From the NCBI GenBank assembly GCA_963663405.2, contig CAXXSM010000130.1:1-64000 (forward strand): a stretch of DNA of 64,000 nucleotides, read 5' to 3'. This document shows positions 29,727-39,881 of this stretch, in pieces. Made by a program: the position numbers and the translations under genes. The stretch comes from a bacterium. GTDB taxonomy: Bacteria > Hinthialibacterota > Hinthialibacteria > Hinthialibacterales > Hinthialibacteraceae. Positions within the stretch are counted from its first letter, which is position 1. The number at the start of each line of letters is the position of its first letter. The notes below the pieces were generated by a model. That model was not told the origin of the DNA. It was given only the letters and a program-made list of their open reading frames with translations, and searched no databases.

Positions 29727-30299
29727 TTATTCTAATCCCCGATTACTCGCCATGATATCGCCGATGGATATCAATCCATTGGACGGATCGTAGGTATACT
29801 GCCCTGTTTTACGTCCAGCGGCTTCGTAATCTCCCAACCAGGTTTCTTCTTTATCTGGCCCGACGGACCGCATCATGTATCCCATGTTATATTTAATCAT
29901 AACGGCATTTGTCGTTTTCCCGGTTCCCGCTCCCCAGTATTCGAAATAGCGTTCGTTCTTCCCCCGCAGAATCCCCGCGGCTTCTTCCCGGCGGGGAATC
30001 CAGATGTCCAACGGGATTGAACTCATATAGGCGACGGGTGTCGTTAGTTGTTTAAATGTGTCAATCTCCGAACCGGAACTGCTCAGCCCAATCCCATCAA
30101 AATCCGGCACGTAGGAATTCCGGTCGAGATGATACTGTTCAAGAGCGTTCACAAGCGCTTTTAAATCCGACCAGGTCCGGGTCACCTTGGCGCGCACCTG
30201 CGCATTCAAAAAATTCGGTACCGCAATCGCGGCCAAAATCCCTATGATAGCGACAACAATTAATAGCTCGATTAACGTAAAACTCCGTTTCTCTTTCAT
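29727..30299 (-). CDS. Prepilin-type N-terminal cleavage/methylation protein (GspG-like pseudopilin)
   Basis: RSFTLIELLIVVAIIGILAAIAVPNF; LTTPVAY, SVGPD, YDPSNG. Confidence 0.92.
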   Translation of the reverse strand: MKEKRSFTLIELLIVVAIIGILAAIAVPNFLNAQVRAKVTRTWSDLKALVNALEQYHLDRNSYVPDFDGIGLSSSGSEIDTFKQLTTPVAYMSSIPLDIWIPRREEAAGILRGKNERYFEYWGAGTGKTTNAVMIKYNMGYMMRSVGPDKEETWLGDYEAAGRKTGQYTYDPSNGLISIGDIMASNRGLE

Positions 30300-30498
30300 T
30301 GGTTTTCCCCACATCTATTTTTATATAATTTACACGCTGCAAACTTATTATAGGATAAAATGACCGAGTCAAAACGGATATAAATAAAAAACGAAATTGT
30401 TAACGAAAAAAAACGTATTGACTACAATGCTATTATAATTTCGATTCGAATTTTATTTTACCGGATTCTTTTTAGTGATGACTTGAGGAAGGATCGTA

Positions 30499-30658
30499 AT
30501 GCTTAGACCAAAAAATGAGAGTCTCCCCAAAAAAAGAACTGCGCGAGATTGAAGACGCTTGGGGAAAAGAATCAACAAAACGATTAGCGGAATATGAAGC
30601 GGAACAGGCCGAAACGATCTCCGCTGATGAAGTAGACAAACAAATTCAATCAAGTTAA
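30499..30658 (+). pseudogene. Putative addiction-module antitoxin component (TIGR02574-like), short or frameshifted
   Basis: GAGGAAGG RBS; ESLPKK/ELREIEDAWGKESTKRLAEYEAEQAETISADEV; not in the ORF track. Confidence 0.55.
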
Positions 30659-30682
30659 AAAAAATTCATAGATCATCGAAAT

Positions 30683-30710
30683 AAAAACGCCCAGCCAGAA
30701 CAGCCGGGCG
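30683..30710 (-). terminator. Intrinsic terminator after rplS
   Basis: Minus strand CGCCCGGC-loop-GCTGGGCG-TTTTT. Confidence 0.7.
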
Positions 30711-30749
30711 CCTTCCTTCAGATTTTCTAGAATAGATATTCTTTGTTTT

Positions 30750-31190
30750 CTATTCTTCCGTGTTCTCAACCGGCGCTGACGTTTCAACCACAGGCGCCGC
30801 TTCATTTGTGCTGAAGTGATTCATATCGAGATCCAATCTCTTCTTCCTTCTCGCTTTGAGACGAGTGGCCTTGCCAACGCGCTCACGAAGGTAATAGAGT
30901 TTTGCGCGGCGCGCGCGGCCACGGCGCACGACCTTGATCGAATCGACACGTGGTGAATGCAGTGGGAAGGTACGTTCAACACCGATCCCGTACGAGATTT
31001 TCCGCACGGTGAATGTCTCACCTAATCCACCGCCGCTCCGGGCGATTACAATCCCTTCAAACGCCTGCAGACGCTCTTTATCCCCTTCAATAACGCGGGT
31101 ATTCACACGAATCGTATCCCCTGGGATAAAATAGGGATACTCGGTTTTCATCTGATTCTGTTCAAATTCTTTTAACGCGGGATGGTCCAT
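30750..31190 (-). CDS. rplS: 50S ribosomal protein L19
   Basis: [34 protein letters not shown]. Confidence 0.98.
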   Translation of the reverse strand: MDHPALKEFEQNQMKTEYPYFIPGDTIRVNTRVIEGDKERLQAFEGIVIARSGGGLGETFTVRKISYGIGVERTFPLHSPRVDSIKVVRRGRARRAKLYYLRERVGKATRLKARRKKRLDLDMNHFSTNEAAPVVETSAPVENTEE

Positions 31191-31262
31191 GATTCAATCC
31201 TTATCAGGCGAAAACGCCTGTTCGTTTCTAGTCGTACTGTACTATACGCACAGAATTTATAG

Positions 31263-31838
31263 TTTACATGTTTTCTCTCAAATTGCAAAGGCCTATCGAG
31301 CATAATCGCCGCCGCGCTCCGCACGGAAAGGTGATTATATTCTCCCGGCCCTTCAATCGGCGCCAAGACCAAATCGCACCGGCGGACAAATTCCCGGATC
31401 AATCCCCATCCCGTTCCCAATAAAAGAGAGATAGGGCCGGTCGTCTGTTTGAAGCCGCTCCGCCAGTTCCGCGTATCCTACGCTGGATTCATGCCGTTTT
31501 CGCCGATGTGGCGACGAGAACCGCTTTTTTCCCATCTCGTTGTTGAATATCGGCAAGAGCGTCTTCCAAATGATCGTGAATGCTCACAATCGAAAGCGCG
31601 TCCGTGCGTGTTCGATTGTAATTGGCGCCATAATCGGTCTGCCAAAAACCGACGATTCGGCGCGCCAAAAAACTCATCGTTCGCATCGAGTTGATGACGT
31701 AATACCGCTTCACACCAAACGTCACACAGGAACGGGCGATATCATGCAGATCCAGCGGCGTAATCGAGGTCGTAATCACCTCACCGTCCTTTTATAGACC
31801 GGATAATGCAGCAAAGCGACGTAAAGCGGCGCGGTCAT
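31263..31838 (-). CDS. SPOUT-class RNA methyltransferase (TrmD C-terminal-associated family); several frameshifts
   Basis: Joined frames: [48 protein letters not shown]. Confidence 0.8.
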
Positions 31839-31857
31839 TCAGTCTTCCATTTCTAAA

Positions 31858-32577
31858 TCAACTGTCCGGATCCCGGACCTGTTTCTTATTTTTTAAGTAG
31901 TTCTCAAATAAATCGGGACGGCGTTCCTGAGTCCGTTCAATCGCTTTTTCCAACCGCCAACGGGCGATTTCCGCATGATGTCCGCTCAGCAGCACTTCCG
32001 GAACGTCCAAATCCGCGATTGTCTGGGGCCGCGTATACCGGGGGCAATCCAGCAATCCACTGGTGAACGAATCCTGTTCCACAGATCCAAACGAACCCAC
32101 TACCCCTGGCACAAGCCGGACGATCGCGTCAACAAGAATCATCGCCGGCAATTCTCCGCCGGTTAGAACGTAATCCCCGATGGAGATCTCATCCGGCTGT
32201 AAATACTCAATCGCGCGTTCGTCGATGCCCTTATAATGTCCACAGATCACGATCAAACGTTCTTTGGCGGCCAATTCTTCCGCGATCGATTGATTGAACT
32301 GACGCCCCTGCGGCGTGGTCAAGATTAGATGGGAGGAACATTCAGTCTGGGACCGCAGTTCCTCAACCGCTTCGATGAGAGGCTGGGCCAGCATCACCAT
32401 CCCATCCGCGCCGCCGTATTGTTCGTCGTCGGTTTTATGGTGACGGTCGTGGGTCCACTCGCGCAGGTTCTGAAGACGGATATCAATCAATCCCGCCTCC
32501 CGCGCCCGTTTGATAATGCTCACATCAAACGGCCCCGCGAACATTTCCACGAATGTCGTTAAAATATCAATCCGCAT
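31858..32577 (-). CDS. trmD: tRNA (guanine37-N1)-methyltransferase
   Basis: CGHYKGIDER, SIGDYVLTGGE, YTRP, LLSGHH; synteny. Confidence 0.98.
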   Translation of the reverse strand: MRIDILTTFVEMFAGPFDVSIIKRAREAGLIDIRLQNLREWTHDRHHKTDDEQYGGADGMVMLAQPLIEAVEELRSQTECSSHLILTTPQGRQFNQSIAEELAAKERLIVICGHYKGIDERAIEYLQPDEISIGDYVLTGGELPAMILVDAIVRLVPGVVGSFGSVEQDSFTSGLLDCPRYTRPQTIADLDVPEVLLSGHHAEIARWRLEKAIERTQERRPDLFENYLKNKKQVRDPDS

Positions 32578-32630
32578 AGCAATGAATCAAGTTTTGTATC
32601 TTGGGGAAACCGGAAGCGTTTGGAAATCGA

Positions 32631-33158
32631 TCAGATTCCATCAGGGAGATCGACGATAATCAGCGCTTCTTTTTTTCGAACTTCTTTCACATTCTGCCGG
32701 TTCGCGGGTAGAAGCCGTTCTTCACCCTGGCTGTTTCGGATAACCAGAACATCACATTCACCCGTTTCAATGATCTGTTCAATCCGTCCCAGATCAGCGC
32801 CAGTCACAGTCTGCGCCCGCGAATACAGAAAATCAGACTCGTAATAATAATCGTCTTCCAATTCCGGCAGTTTTTCTTCCTCGATCCAAAGGACGAAACC
32901 TTTGAGCGCCTCGGAATCGTCGCGGGTATCGATCGTTTTAAATTTAACAATCGGATTTTTTTCCGATCCCCGGACATATTCTACATCAAGCGTCCGGTCG
33001 TTCTGATCAACATGAACTGTTTCGAATTCCTCAAGCAGAAAAGCATCACAGCCAAACGGCTTGAATTTCACTTCCCCTTTCAAGGAGTGGGGCTTGACAA
33101 TCGCGCCAAGATAAATCCGGCCGGGTTGAAACTGAACTTTTTTCCGTCTAAGCCCCAT
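32631..33158 (-). CDS. rimM: Ribosome maturation factor RimM
   Basis: GAIVKPHSLKGEV, LPELEDDYYY; synteny. Confidence 0.95.
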   Translation of the reverse strand: MGLRRKKVQFQPGRIYLGAIVKPHSLKGEVKFKPFGCDAFLLEEFETVHVDQNDRTLDVEYVRGSEKNPIVKFKTIDTRDDSEALKGFVLWIEEEKLPELEDDYYYESDFLYSRAQTVTGADLGRIEQIIETGECDVLVIRNSQGEERLLPANRQNVKEVRKKEALIIVDLPDGI

Positions 33159-33183
33159 TGTCTAAACTTTATCCGCTTCGTTC

Positions 33184-33426
33184 TTACTCGTTGACTTCCG
33201 TTATAGCTACATGCGTTCGTTTGTTATCGACGGTTCCTCTCGCTCCAATTAAGAGACGAATGGCGCGCGCGGTTTTGCCGCTGCGGCCGATGATCCGTCC
33301 CATATCATCTTGATTGACCGTCAGTTTGAATTCGATCGTTCCATCTTTTAATTCTTCTTCCTCGACGATCACATCATCAGGATTATTTACCAGCGATTTG
33401 ACCAAATATACCAGCATATCTTTCAT
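33184..33426 (-). CDS. khpA: KH-domain RNA-binding protein
   Basis: DMGRIIGRSGKTARAIR between rpsP and rimM. Confidence 0.92.
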   Translation of the reverse strand: MKDMLVYLVKSLVNNPDDVIVEEEELKDGTIEFKLTVNQDDMGRIIGRSGKTARAIRLLIGARGTVDNKRTHVAITEVNE

Positions 33427-33617
33427 TTTTTTTCACTCTTTCAAGAAAGACGCCACATACAACACAGCGCGTGAAGAAACTTACAAGAATGGTATCCACC
33501 GCCTTGCTGAATGAGAAAAAGAAAAATTTCCATTCTCCGTCAAGTCAAAAACGGCGACACATTTGCTTATTCATCGAATCGGGCGTCTTCGTGATTGGAT
33601 GTATACAAATCCCGGAA

Positions 33618-34034
33618 TCAACCGTCCGAATTGGATGGTTCAGGAACGGTCGCTTCCAATTCTTCCGTTGGCGCAGATTCCGGCTCATTGCTTGGAGCCG
33701 TTTCCGGCGCATCTACGGAAACCGGCGCCGCCGTAACGGGTTCTTCAGCGGGTTCATCCGTATCATTTTTATACTCGCCGCTTTTGAACTTCCCTAAGAT
33801 CCCTTCCCGTTTTAAAAGAGAACGCGCCGTCTCTGACATCCGGGCGCCCTGTTCCAACCAATGATAGATTGATTCCTCTTTAAATGACTTTTCGGCGGGT
33901 TGCTTTACAGGATCGTACCAGCCTAGATCCTCGATCGACTTTCCATCACGTGGCCAGCGGGAATCCTGAACGACCAGCCGGTAAAACGGACGATTCCGGT
34001 TACCCATTCTTTTCATACGAATCTTTAAAGACAT
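33618..34034 (-). CDS. rpsP: 30S ribosomal protein S16 with acidic C-terminal extension
   Basis: KIRMKRMG, RPFYRLVV, PRDGK, GWYDP. Confidence 0.97.
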   Translation of the reverse strand: MSLKIRMKRMGNRNRPFYRLVVQDSRWPRDGKSIEDLGWYDPVKQPAEKSFKEESIYHWLEQGARMSETARSLLKREGILGKFKSGEYKNDTDEPAEEPVTAAPVSVDAPETAPSNEPESAPTEELEATVPEPSNSDG

Positions 34035-34126
34035 CAAAACCTCCAAATCTAGAAAAATGTTTATCTGTAAAAGGCGTACAGTTAATTATATTCAGAAACA
34101 CTTATGAAACAAAAACCTTACATATT

Positions 34127-34163
34127 AACCTTCAGTCTTCAACCTTCAGCCTAATCAACCTAA
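34127..34163 (-). repeat. Heptamer-based dispersed repeat (family F), immediately after the ffh stop codon
   Basis: Minus strand TTAGGTTGATTAGGCTGAAGGTTGAAGACTGAAGGTT. Confidence 0.6.
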
Positions 34164-34167
34164 AAAA

Positions 34168-35562
34168 CTATCCTCCCATGCCGGGAAACATGTTCTGCAT
34201 TTTCATCATTTTTTTCATCATTTTTTTCGACATTTTTGGGGCTTTCCCACGCCGTTTCTTTTTCCCCTTGGCTGCGGCGCCGGCCAGCATTCCCATCATT
34301 TGCTTAGTTTCCGCGAACTGTTTAAGGAGACGGTTCACCTCTTGGACTGTCGTGCCGCTCCCTTTGGCGATACGCCGTTTACGACTGCCTGTGATGATAT
34401 GAGGCATAACCCGCTCATTCCCCGTCATGGAGAGGATTATCGCCTCGACATATTTCATTTCGTCTTCACTCAGATTGACATCCTTCATCATATCCCCGCC
34501 CATGCCCGGCAGCATGGACATCAGATCGCCGATCCCCCCCATGCGTTTGACATTCCGGATCTGACCGAGAAAATCATCCAGCGTGAAGGTCTGGTCGAGG
34601 ATCTTTTTCTGCAGATCCAACGCCTGTTCTTCATCAATCGTGGCTTTGGCTTTTTCAATGAGGGTCAGCACATCCCCCATGCCAAGGATGCGGGACGCCA
34701 TCCGGTCGGGATAGAAGAGATCGAGATCGTCGATTTTTTCCCCGGCGCCGGCGTATAGAATCGGTTTGCCCGTTACATGACAGATCGAAAGCGCAGCGCC
34801 GCCCCGTGTATCACTATCGAGTTTCGTGATAATCGTTCCGGTTACATTGAGGCCGTCATCGAAGTGCTTCGCCTGATTGACCGCGTCCTGCCCGACCATC
34901 GAGTCAACGACGAGGATGATATGGGTGGGTTTCCAATATCTCTTAACACGCTGGACCTCCTCCATCATCTCATCATCGATGTGAAGACGTCCCGCCGTAT
35001 CAAGGATAACCGTATCAAGCCCCTCTCGCCGCGCATGTTTTGAACCTTGTTTGGCGATTTTTGAAGGATCCACATCGGTTCCCATTTCAAACACGGGAAT
35101 CCCGGCGCGTTCGCCTGACACTTTCAACTGTTCAATCGCCGCTGGACGGTAGATGTCGCCTGCGCAGAGGAGCGGTTTCCGTCCGCCATCCTTCAATTTT
35201 TTCGCCAATTTGGCCGCCGTGGTGGTTTTACCTGAACCTTGCAGACCCACGAGCATGATCCGGGCCTCGCCCGCCGGCATTTCCAAAGGCGCGGCTTTTC
35301 CCCCCAGCAGTTCGATCATGGTTTCATTAACGATTTTGATCGTCTGCTGACCAGGGGAGAGGTTTTTCATCACCTCTTCGCCCAGGGCGCGTTTCTCCAG
35401 TTTCGAACAGAATTCCTTGGTGGCCTGAATATTGACATCGGCTTCAAGAAACGCCCGGCGGACTTCCCGCAACGTCTCTTTGATATCCTTTTCACTCAGG
35501 CGGCCTTTCCCTGTTAATCGGCGGAAAATATCTTGAAAACGGCCCGTTAGATTTTCAAACAT
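34168..35562 (-). CDS. ffh: Signal recognition particle protein
   Basis: GLQGSGKTT, DTAGR, TKLDSDTRGG, RILGMGD, Met-rich M domain. Confidence 0.98.
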   Translation of the reverse strand: MFENLTGRFQDIFRRLTGKGRLSEKDIKETLREVRRAFLEADVNIQATKEFCSKLEKRALGEEVMKNLSPGQQTIKIVNETMIELLGGKAAPLEMPAGEARIMLVGLQGSGKTTTAAKLAKKLKDGGRKPLLCAGDIYRPAAIEQLKVSGERAGIPVFEMGTDVDPSKIAKQGSKHARREGLDTVILDTAGRLHIDDEMMEEVQRVKRYWKPTHIILVVDSMVGQDAVNQAKHFDDGLNVTGTIITKLDSDTRGGAALSICHVTGKPILYAGAGEKIDDLDLFYPDRMASRILGMGDVLTLIEKAKATIDEEQALDLQKKILDQTFTLDDFLGQIRNVKRMGGIGDLMSMLPGMGGDMMKDVNLSEDEMKYVEAIILSMTGNERVMPHIITGSRKRRIAKGSGTTVQEVNRLLKQFAETKQMMGMLAGAAAKGKKKRRGKAPKMSKKMMKKMMKMQNMFPGMGG

Positions 35563-35581
35563 AATATAAATTCCAATGCGT

Positions 35582-36001
35582 TTACTTCGATTCCCCCAAA
35601 CCAACCACTTGTTCCAGCCGTTTGAGCTTCCGTTTTAGAGGATTTGTATCGAAAAGCATATCGTCTTTCAGCATCTTCGACATTTCCACGACCAGTGTTT
35701 TCACTTCATCCCAATTCGGCGCTTCAGTGGATGTGTCATCCTCTTTTTTTTGTTGTTTCTTGGCCGCAGGCAACCGTTCGGTTAATCGCAATTCTTCTTC
35801 AATGCGGATCAATGTTTTCCGGCCATGCTGGATGGCGTCATGGACTGCCTGCCTGGAGATGGATTCTCCGTCCGCGATCTCCCCATACGAAAGATCCTCC
35901 CGGTAATGGAGAGCCATCAACTCTCTCTGCCGGTCCGTGAGCAGACCGTCATATAGATCCATCAAAACGGCGATTCTCTGTTTTTCTTCAAAACTTTCCA
36001 T
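35582..36001 (-). CDS. ylxM: YlxM family DNA-binding protein
   Basis: YDGLLTDRQ...EDLSYGEIA...SRQAVHD, upstream of ffh. Confidence 0.9.
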   Translation of the reverse strand: MESFEEKQRIAVLMDLYDGLLTDRQRELMALHYREDLSYGEIADGESISRQAVHDAIQHGRKTLIRIEEELRLTERLPAAKKQQKKEDDTSTEAPNWDEVKTLVVEMSKMLKDDMLFDTNPLKRKLKRLEQVVGLGESK

Positions 36002-36208
36002 TCGCGCGCCTTGGATAAAGTAAAGGAAATTGTCTTGACATTTGATAATTTATATCTTCTTTTTTTCTTTTGTCAAGTCAATTCACGTTGTTCCAGTCCG
36101 AATTATCCATCGCTTTCAAATCCCTGGATCAGCGCTGCCCGATCTGTTCAGATCTTGATTCAGATAAGGACTTCATTCTATTGGTTTGCCTAACATCAGT
36201 AAACTAAC

Positions 36209-36240
36209 AAAAAAAAGGGCGGCAAAAAAACTTACCGCCC
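36209..36240 (-). terminator. Intrinsic terminator after the LamG gene
   Basis: Minus strand GGGCGGT-loop-GCCGCCC-T8. Confidence 0.7.
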
Positions 36241-36275
36241 CATCTTTCGCTATTGGTGAGACTCTCAATTTCACA

Positions 36276-37019
36276 TCAATATAATGACCATGAATCTATG
36301 CCGGTAATAATAGGAGGCGTAGCGAGTTCTTGCATTTCACTTTCCGATAAGGCGTGATTGTAGATACGCACATCATCTTTAAAACCAAGCCATTCCCTTT
36401 GAATATCACCACCATTGTTCCAGGCGCCAATCACTGGATTCAGCGACAAATCAAAGAATGGAAGCCCTTCAAGAACTTCCCGGCTTCCTTCCATGACTCC
36501 ATCATAATAGACGGCAAGCAAGGTCGCCGAAGCGGTGAATGCGATATGATGCCACTCACCTTCCGGCATAACTGTTGTGCCTACCACATCAGGAGAAGCC
36601 CCATTGATCCCCACATTCATCAGGCCATTGTTGAGCTTAATATGAACGCCGCCGGTATCCCAGTCGGTGTTAAGGCCGCCTGTAAATTGAATACCGCTGA
36701 CATCTTGACTGGAATAAACCCACATCGCGACCGTGATTTCCTCAAGAAGGTCAAGGCCCTTGTCGATCAAATCTTGGCTGTTAATTGTGACGATGTCGTC
36801 ATCTCCATCCAAAGACAGGACATTGCTGTTTCTAGCCGCGTCAAACACAATACTCGCGTCACCTTGAGGCGTTCCGTGAATACCGTTTCCACTGCTGTCT
36901 TCGAAATTCCCTTCAAACTCGTAGCTCACTATTAGATCCGCGGCGGCGCCATTCGCCAGAACGAAAACCAAAGCAAACGCTGCAACAACGGTCAAGTATC
37001 GATAATTACTCATAAACAT
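36276..37019 (-). CDS. Secreted LamG (concanavalin A-like) domain protein
   Basis: Signal peptide; DSSGNG, LSLDG, WHHIAF, DDVRIYNHALS; ends TGIDSWSLY. Confidence 0.9.
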   Translation of the reverse strand: MFMSNYRYLTVVAAFALVFVLANGAAADLIVSYEFEGNFEDSSGNGIHGTPQGDASIVFDAARNSNVLSLDGDDDIVTINSQDLIDKGLDLLEEITVAMWVYSSQDVSGIQFTGGLNTDWDTGGVHIKLNNGLMNVGINGASPDVVGTTVMPEGEWHHIAFTASATLLAVYYDGVMEGSREVLEGLPFFDLSLNPVIGAWNNGGDIQREWLGFKDDVRIYNHALSESEMQELATPPIITGIDSWSLY

Positions 37020-37312
37020 GTCATCCTTTCTCCCATTAGTAATTCAATTTTTTTGTTTCATTGAAATAAACTGCTTTCGTCTTCTGATATTTTTTATCGA
37101 AACTTCTATCTATCCCCCTTTCAATTGTTGGAATGAAATTATGAGAAAATTACTATACTCAGTGATTCATTTTGGAATGTCAAGATCGTCTCAGGTTTTC
37201 GTGTTAAAATTGGAATTTATTTCAGTGGTTGGCTGCTGGGGGGGGGGGATTCGCGGTGTCCTTCCGATCGCTTTTGCTCCGGATTCACTCATCGCAAAAA
37301 AAAACGTTAAAG

Positions 37313-37338
37313 AAAAAAGGCGCCCTCAAGGGACGCCT
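37313..37338 (-). terminator. Intrinsic terminator after fabF
   Basis: Minus strand AGGCGTCCC-TTGA-GGGCGCCT-TTTTT. Confidence 0.7.
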
Positions 37339-37367
37339 GTGTATGCCAATTTCTTCATCTGTTGGTT

Positions 37368-38606
37368 TCATTCAAACCGGCGCGCAACGAGAACGGCGTT
37401 GTGACCGCCGAATCCGAAGGAATTACTCATGGCTACTTTAACCGGTTTCTCACGCGCTGTGTTCGGCACGTAATCGAGATCACATTCCGGATCGGGTGTT
37501 TCGTAATTAATCGTGGGGGGAATGATCCCATGTTTCAAGACCATCACGATCGTGGCGAATTCCACTGCTCCCGCCGCGCCCAAGAGATGCCCTGTCATCG
37601 ATTTCGTTGAACTGACGGGGATCGAGTCCGCGTTGGAGTTAAATAGAATTCGAATCGCCTGGGATTCGTTTTTATCATTGTATTCGGTCGAGGTGCCATG
37701 CGCGTTGATGTAATCCACCTCATCCTTCGCAATCCCTGCGTCTTTCATCGCCAAGTTCATCGCTTCCTGCGCGCCGCGGCCTTCCGGAGCGGGCATGGTC
37801 ATATGAAACGCGTCAGCGCTCATACCGTAACCCACCAGTTCCGCGTAGATCTCCGCGCCGCGTTTTTTGGCGTGTTCCAGTTCTTCGAGAATGATGATCC
37901 CTGAGCCTTCGCCCATGACAAATCCATCGCGGGTTTTGTCGAAGGGACGGCTGCAGGATTCCGGTTCATCATTCCGGGTGGAGAGCGCTTTCATGGCGCA
38001 GAAACCACCAACGCCAAGGGGTGTGATCGACGCTTCGGTCCCACCCGTGATCATGATATCCGCTTCATCGCGTTGGATGATCCTAAACGCGTCTCCAATG
38101 GCATGATTCCCCGTCGCGCAGGCGGTTGTTACCGAGGTGTTGGGGCCACGGAATCCATACCGCATGGAAACCATCCCCGATCCCATATTGATAATTAACA
38201 TCGGAATCAAGAAGGGGCTGATCCGCCGGGGGCCCTTGGCGTCCAACACTTCTTTCTGCGATTCGACACTATGCAATCCGCCAATACCGGATCCAATGAC
38301 GACACCCGCGCGATCCAAATCCAGCTGGTTTAGATCCAGTCCAGCGTGTTTGACGGCCATATCAGACGCGCAGACCGCATATTGGACAAAGGGATCCATC
38401 CGCCGCAGTTCTTTCGCGTCGATGAATTCGCCGGGATCGAAGTCTTTCAACTCCGCCGCTACTTTGGATGAAAATTTTTCCGTGTCAAACTGGGTGTTCA
38501 GGCCGGTGCCTGAACGGCCTTCTGTTAAAGAGTTCCAAAACGCCTCCAAGGTGTTACCCACCGGCGACAGAACTCCCATTCCAGTGACTACTACTCGTCG
38601 TGACAT
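37368..38606 (-). CDS. fabF: Beta-ketoacyl-ACP synthase II
   Basis: [26 protein letters not shown]. Confidence 0.98.
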   Translation of the reverse strand: MSRRVVVTGMGVLSPVGNTLEAFWNSLTEGRSGTGLNTQFDTEKFSSKVAAELKDFDPGEFIDAKELRRMDPFVQYAVCASDMAVKHAGLDLNQLDLDRAGVVIGSGIGGLHSVESQKEVLDAKGPRRISPFLIPMLIINMGSGMVSMRYGFRGPNTSVTTACATGNHAIGDAFRIIQRDEADIMITGGTEASITPLGVGGFCAMKALSTRNDEPESCSRPFDKTRDGFVMGEGSGIIILEELEHAKKRGAEIYAELVGYGMSADAFHMTMPAPEGRGAQEAMNLAMKDAGIAKDEVDYINAHGTSTEYNDKNESQAIRILFNSNADSIPVSSTKSMTGHLLGAAGAVEFATIVMVLKHGIIPPTINYETPDPECDLDYVPNTAREKPVKVAMSNSFGFGGHNAVLVARRFE

Positions 38607-38636
38607 AATCGATTTCTCGCTCCAATAGGATCGGGG

Positions 38637-38882
38637 TTATCCGGAAACTTTACCCTTGATGTATTCAATCGCGTCACCAACGGTTTTGATCTGTTCCGCT
38701 TCTTCTTCGGGAATTTCATCAATTTCGAAACTCTCCTCAAATTCCATCACCAATTCCACCGTATCCAGGGAATCCGCCCCTAGATCGCGGGTGAAGGACT
38801 TATCGGGAGTAATTTCGCCTTTGTCCACTTTCAGTTTCTCTGCGATGATATCGATGACTTTTTCTTCAATGTTTTCACTCAC
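38637..38882 (-). CDS. acpP: Acyl carrier protein
   Basis: [14 protein letters not shown]. Confidence 0.98.
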   Translation of the reverse strand: MSENIEEKVIDIIAEKLKVDKGEITPDKSFTRDLGADSLDTVELVMEFEESFEIDEIPEEEAEQIKTVGDAIEYIKGKVSG

Positions 38883-39134
38883 GGGAAGTGACCTCCTGTT
38901 TTTCGAATTTCATATGGATGTCCGTCCGCAGCCGCTGGAACAATCCAACGCCGGAGAACGGGATGTTTGTCTATTGAATAATCCTAGCCAATATTCTTGA
39001 AAATTCAGGGTACTACATATGAATTAAAGGCGCGAGAGAATTCTGCGTGAGAATTTCGCTTCTTAGCCTTGAATCTAACATAATTCTAAAAAAAACAGCC
39101 CCGGCAGGTAAGCGCTCCGGCGCGTTTTCGATCA

Positions 39135-39881
39135 TTACATCACCAAACCACCGTCGACCTGAATCACCTGACCGGTGATATAGGACGCTTCATCAGACGC
39201 TAAAAAACCGATCGCCGCAGCGACTTCTTCCGGCAGTCCATACCGGCCGAGAGGAATCGCTTTACGCATGGCTTCTTTAACGTCGTCTTTCAATTCCGCC
39301 GTCATCCGGGTTTCGATAAAGCCAGGGGCGACCGCGTTCACGGTCACGCCGCGCGAGGCCAACTCTTTGGCCAGCGTCTTGGTTAAACCGATCACTCCGG
39401 CTTTCGTCGCGGAATAATTGGCTTGTCCTGGATTACCCATGATCCCGACAACGGAAGCTAAATTGATGATCCGTCCGCTGCGGGCGCGCATCATCCGCTT
39501 CGCCGCCGCGCGGGCCATGAAAAAGACCCCCGTTAAATTCACGCGCAGCACGGAGTCCCAGTCTTCATCCTTCATACGGACTGCGAGGGCGTCCCGTGTA
39601 ATTCCCGCGTTATTGACCAATATATCAATCGTTTCAAACCGGTCTACACAATCCGCGATTACTTGTTCAGCGTTGGCGGAAACAGAAATATCCGCCGCCG
39701 CGCCCACGGCTTCAATGCCCCGGCTGGTCAGTTCCTGTTCGGTGTTCTTTGTCGTCTCTTCATCGATATCCACAAAGAAAATCTTCGCGCCCTGACCGGC
39801 GAGATACTCCACAGTGGATAGACCAATACCTCGCGCGCCGCCGGTAACGAGCGCGACTTTTTTATCAAGACGAAACGCCAT
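39135..39881 (-). CDS. fabG: 3-oxoacyl-ACP reductase
   Basis: TGGARGIG, NNAGITRD, YSATK. Confidence 0.97.
   Translation of the reverse strand: MAFRLDKKVALVTGGARGIGLSTVEYLAGQGAKIFFVDIDEETTKNTEQELTSRGIEAVGAAADISVSANAEQVIADCVDRFETIDILVNNAGITRDALAVRMKDEDWDSVLRVNLTGVFFMARAAAKRMMRARSGRIINLASVVGIMGNPGQANYSATKAGVIGLTKTLAKELASRGVTVNAVAPGFIETRMTAELKDDVKEAMRKAIPLGRYGLPEEVAAAIGFLASDEASYITGQVIQVDGGLVM

Noticed and set aside
33618-33790. Acidic Pro/Ala-rich tail of S16 (and the similar tail on L19)
   Set aside because: Low-complexity extensions on these ribosomal proteins are common in many phyla
39090-39125. Hairpin as SRP RNA or another ncRNA, given ffh in the window
   Set aside because: Lacks the conserved SRP domain IV sequence; only a short weak stem
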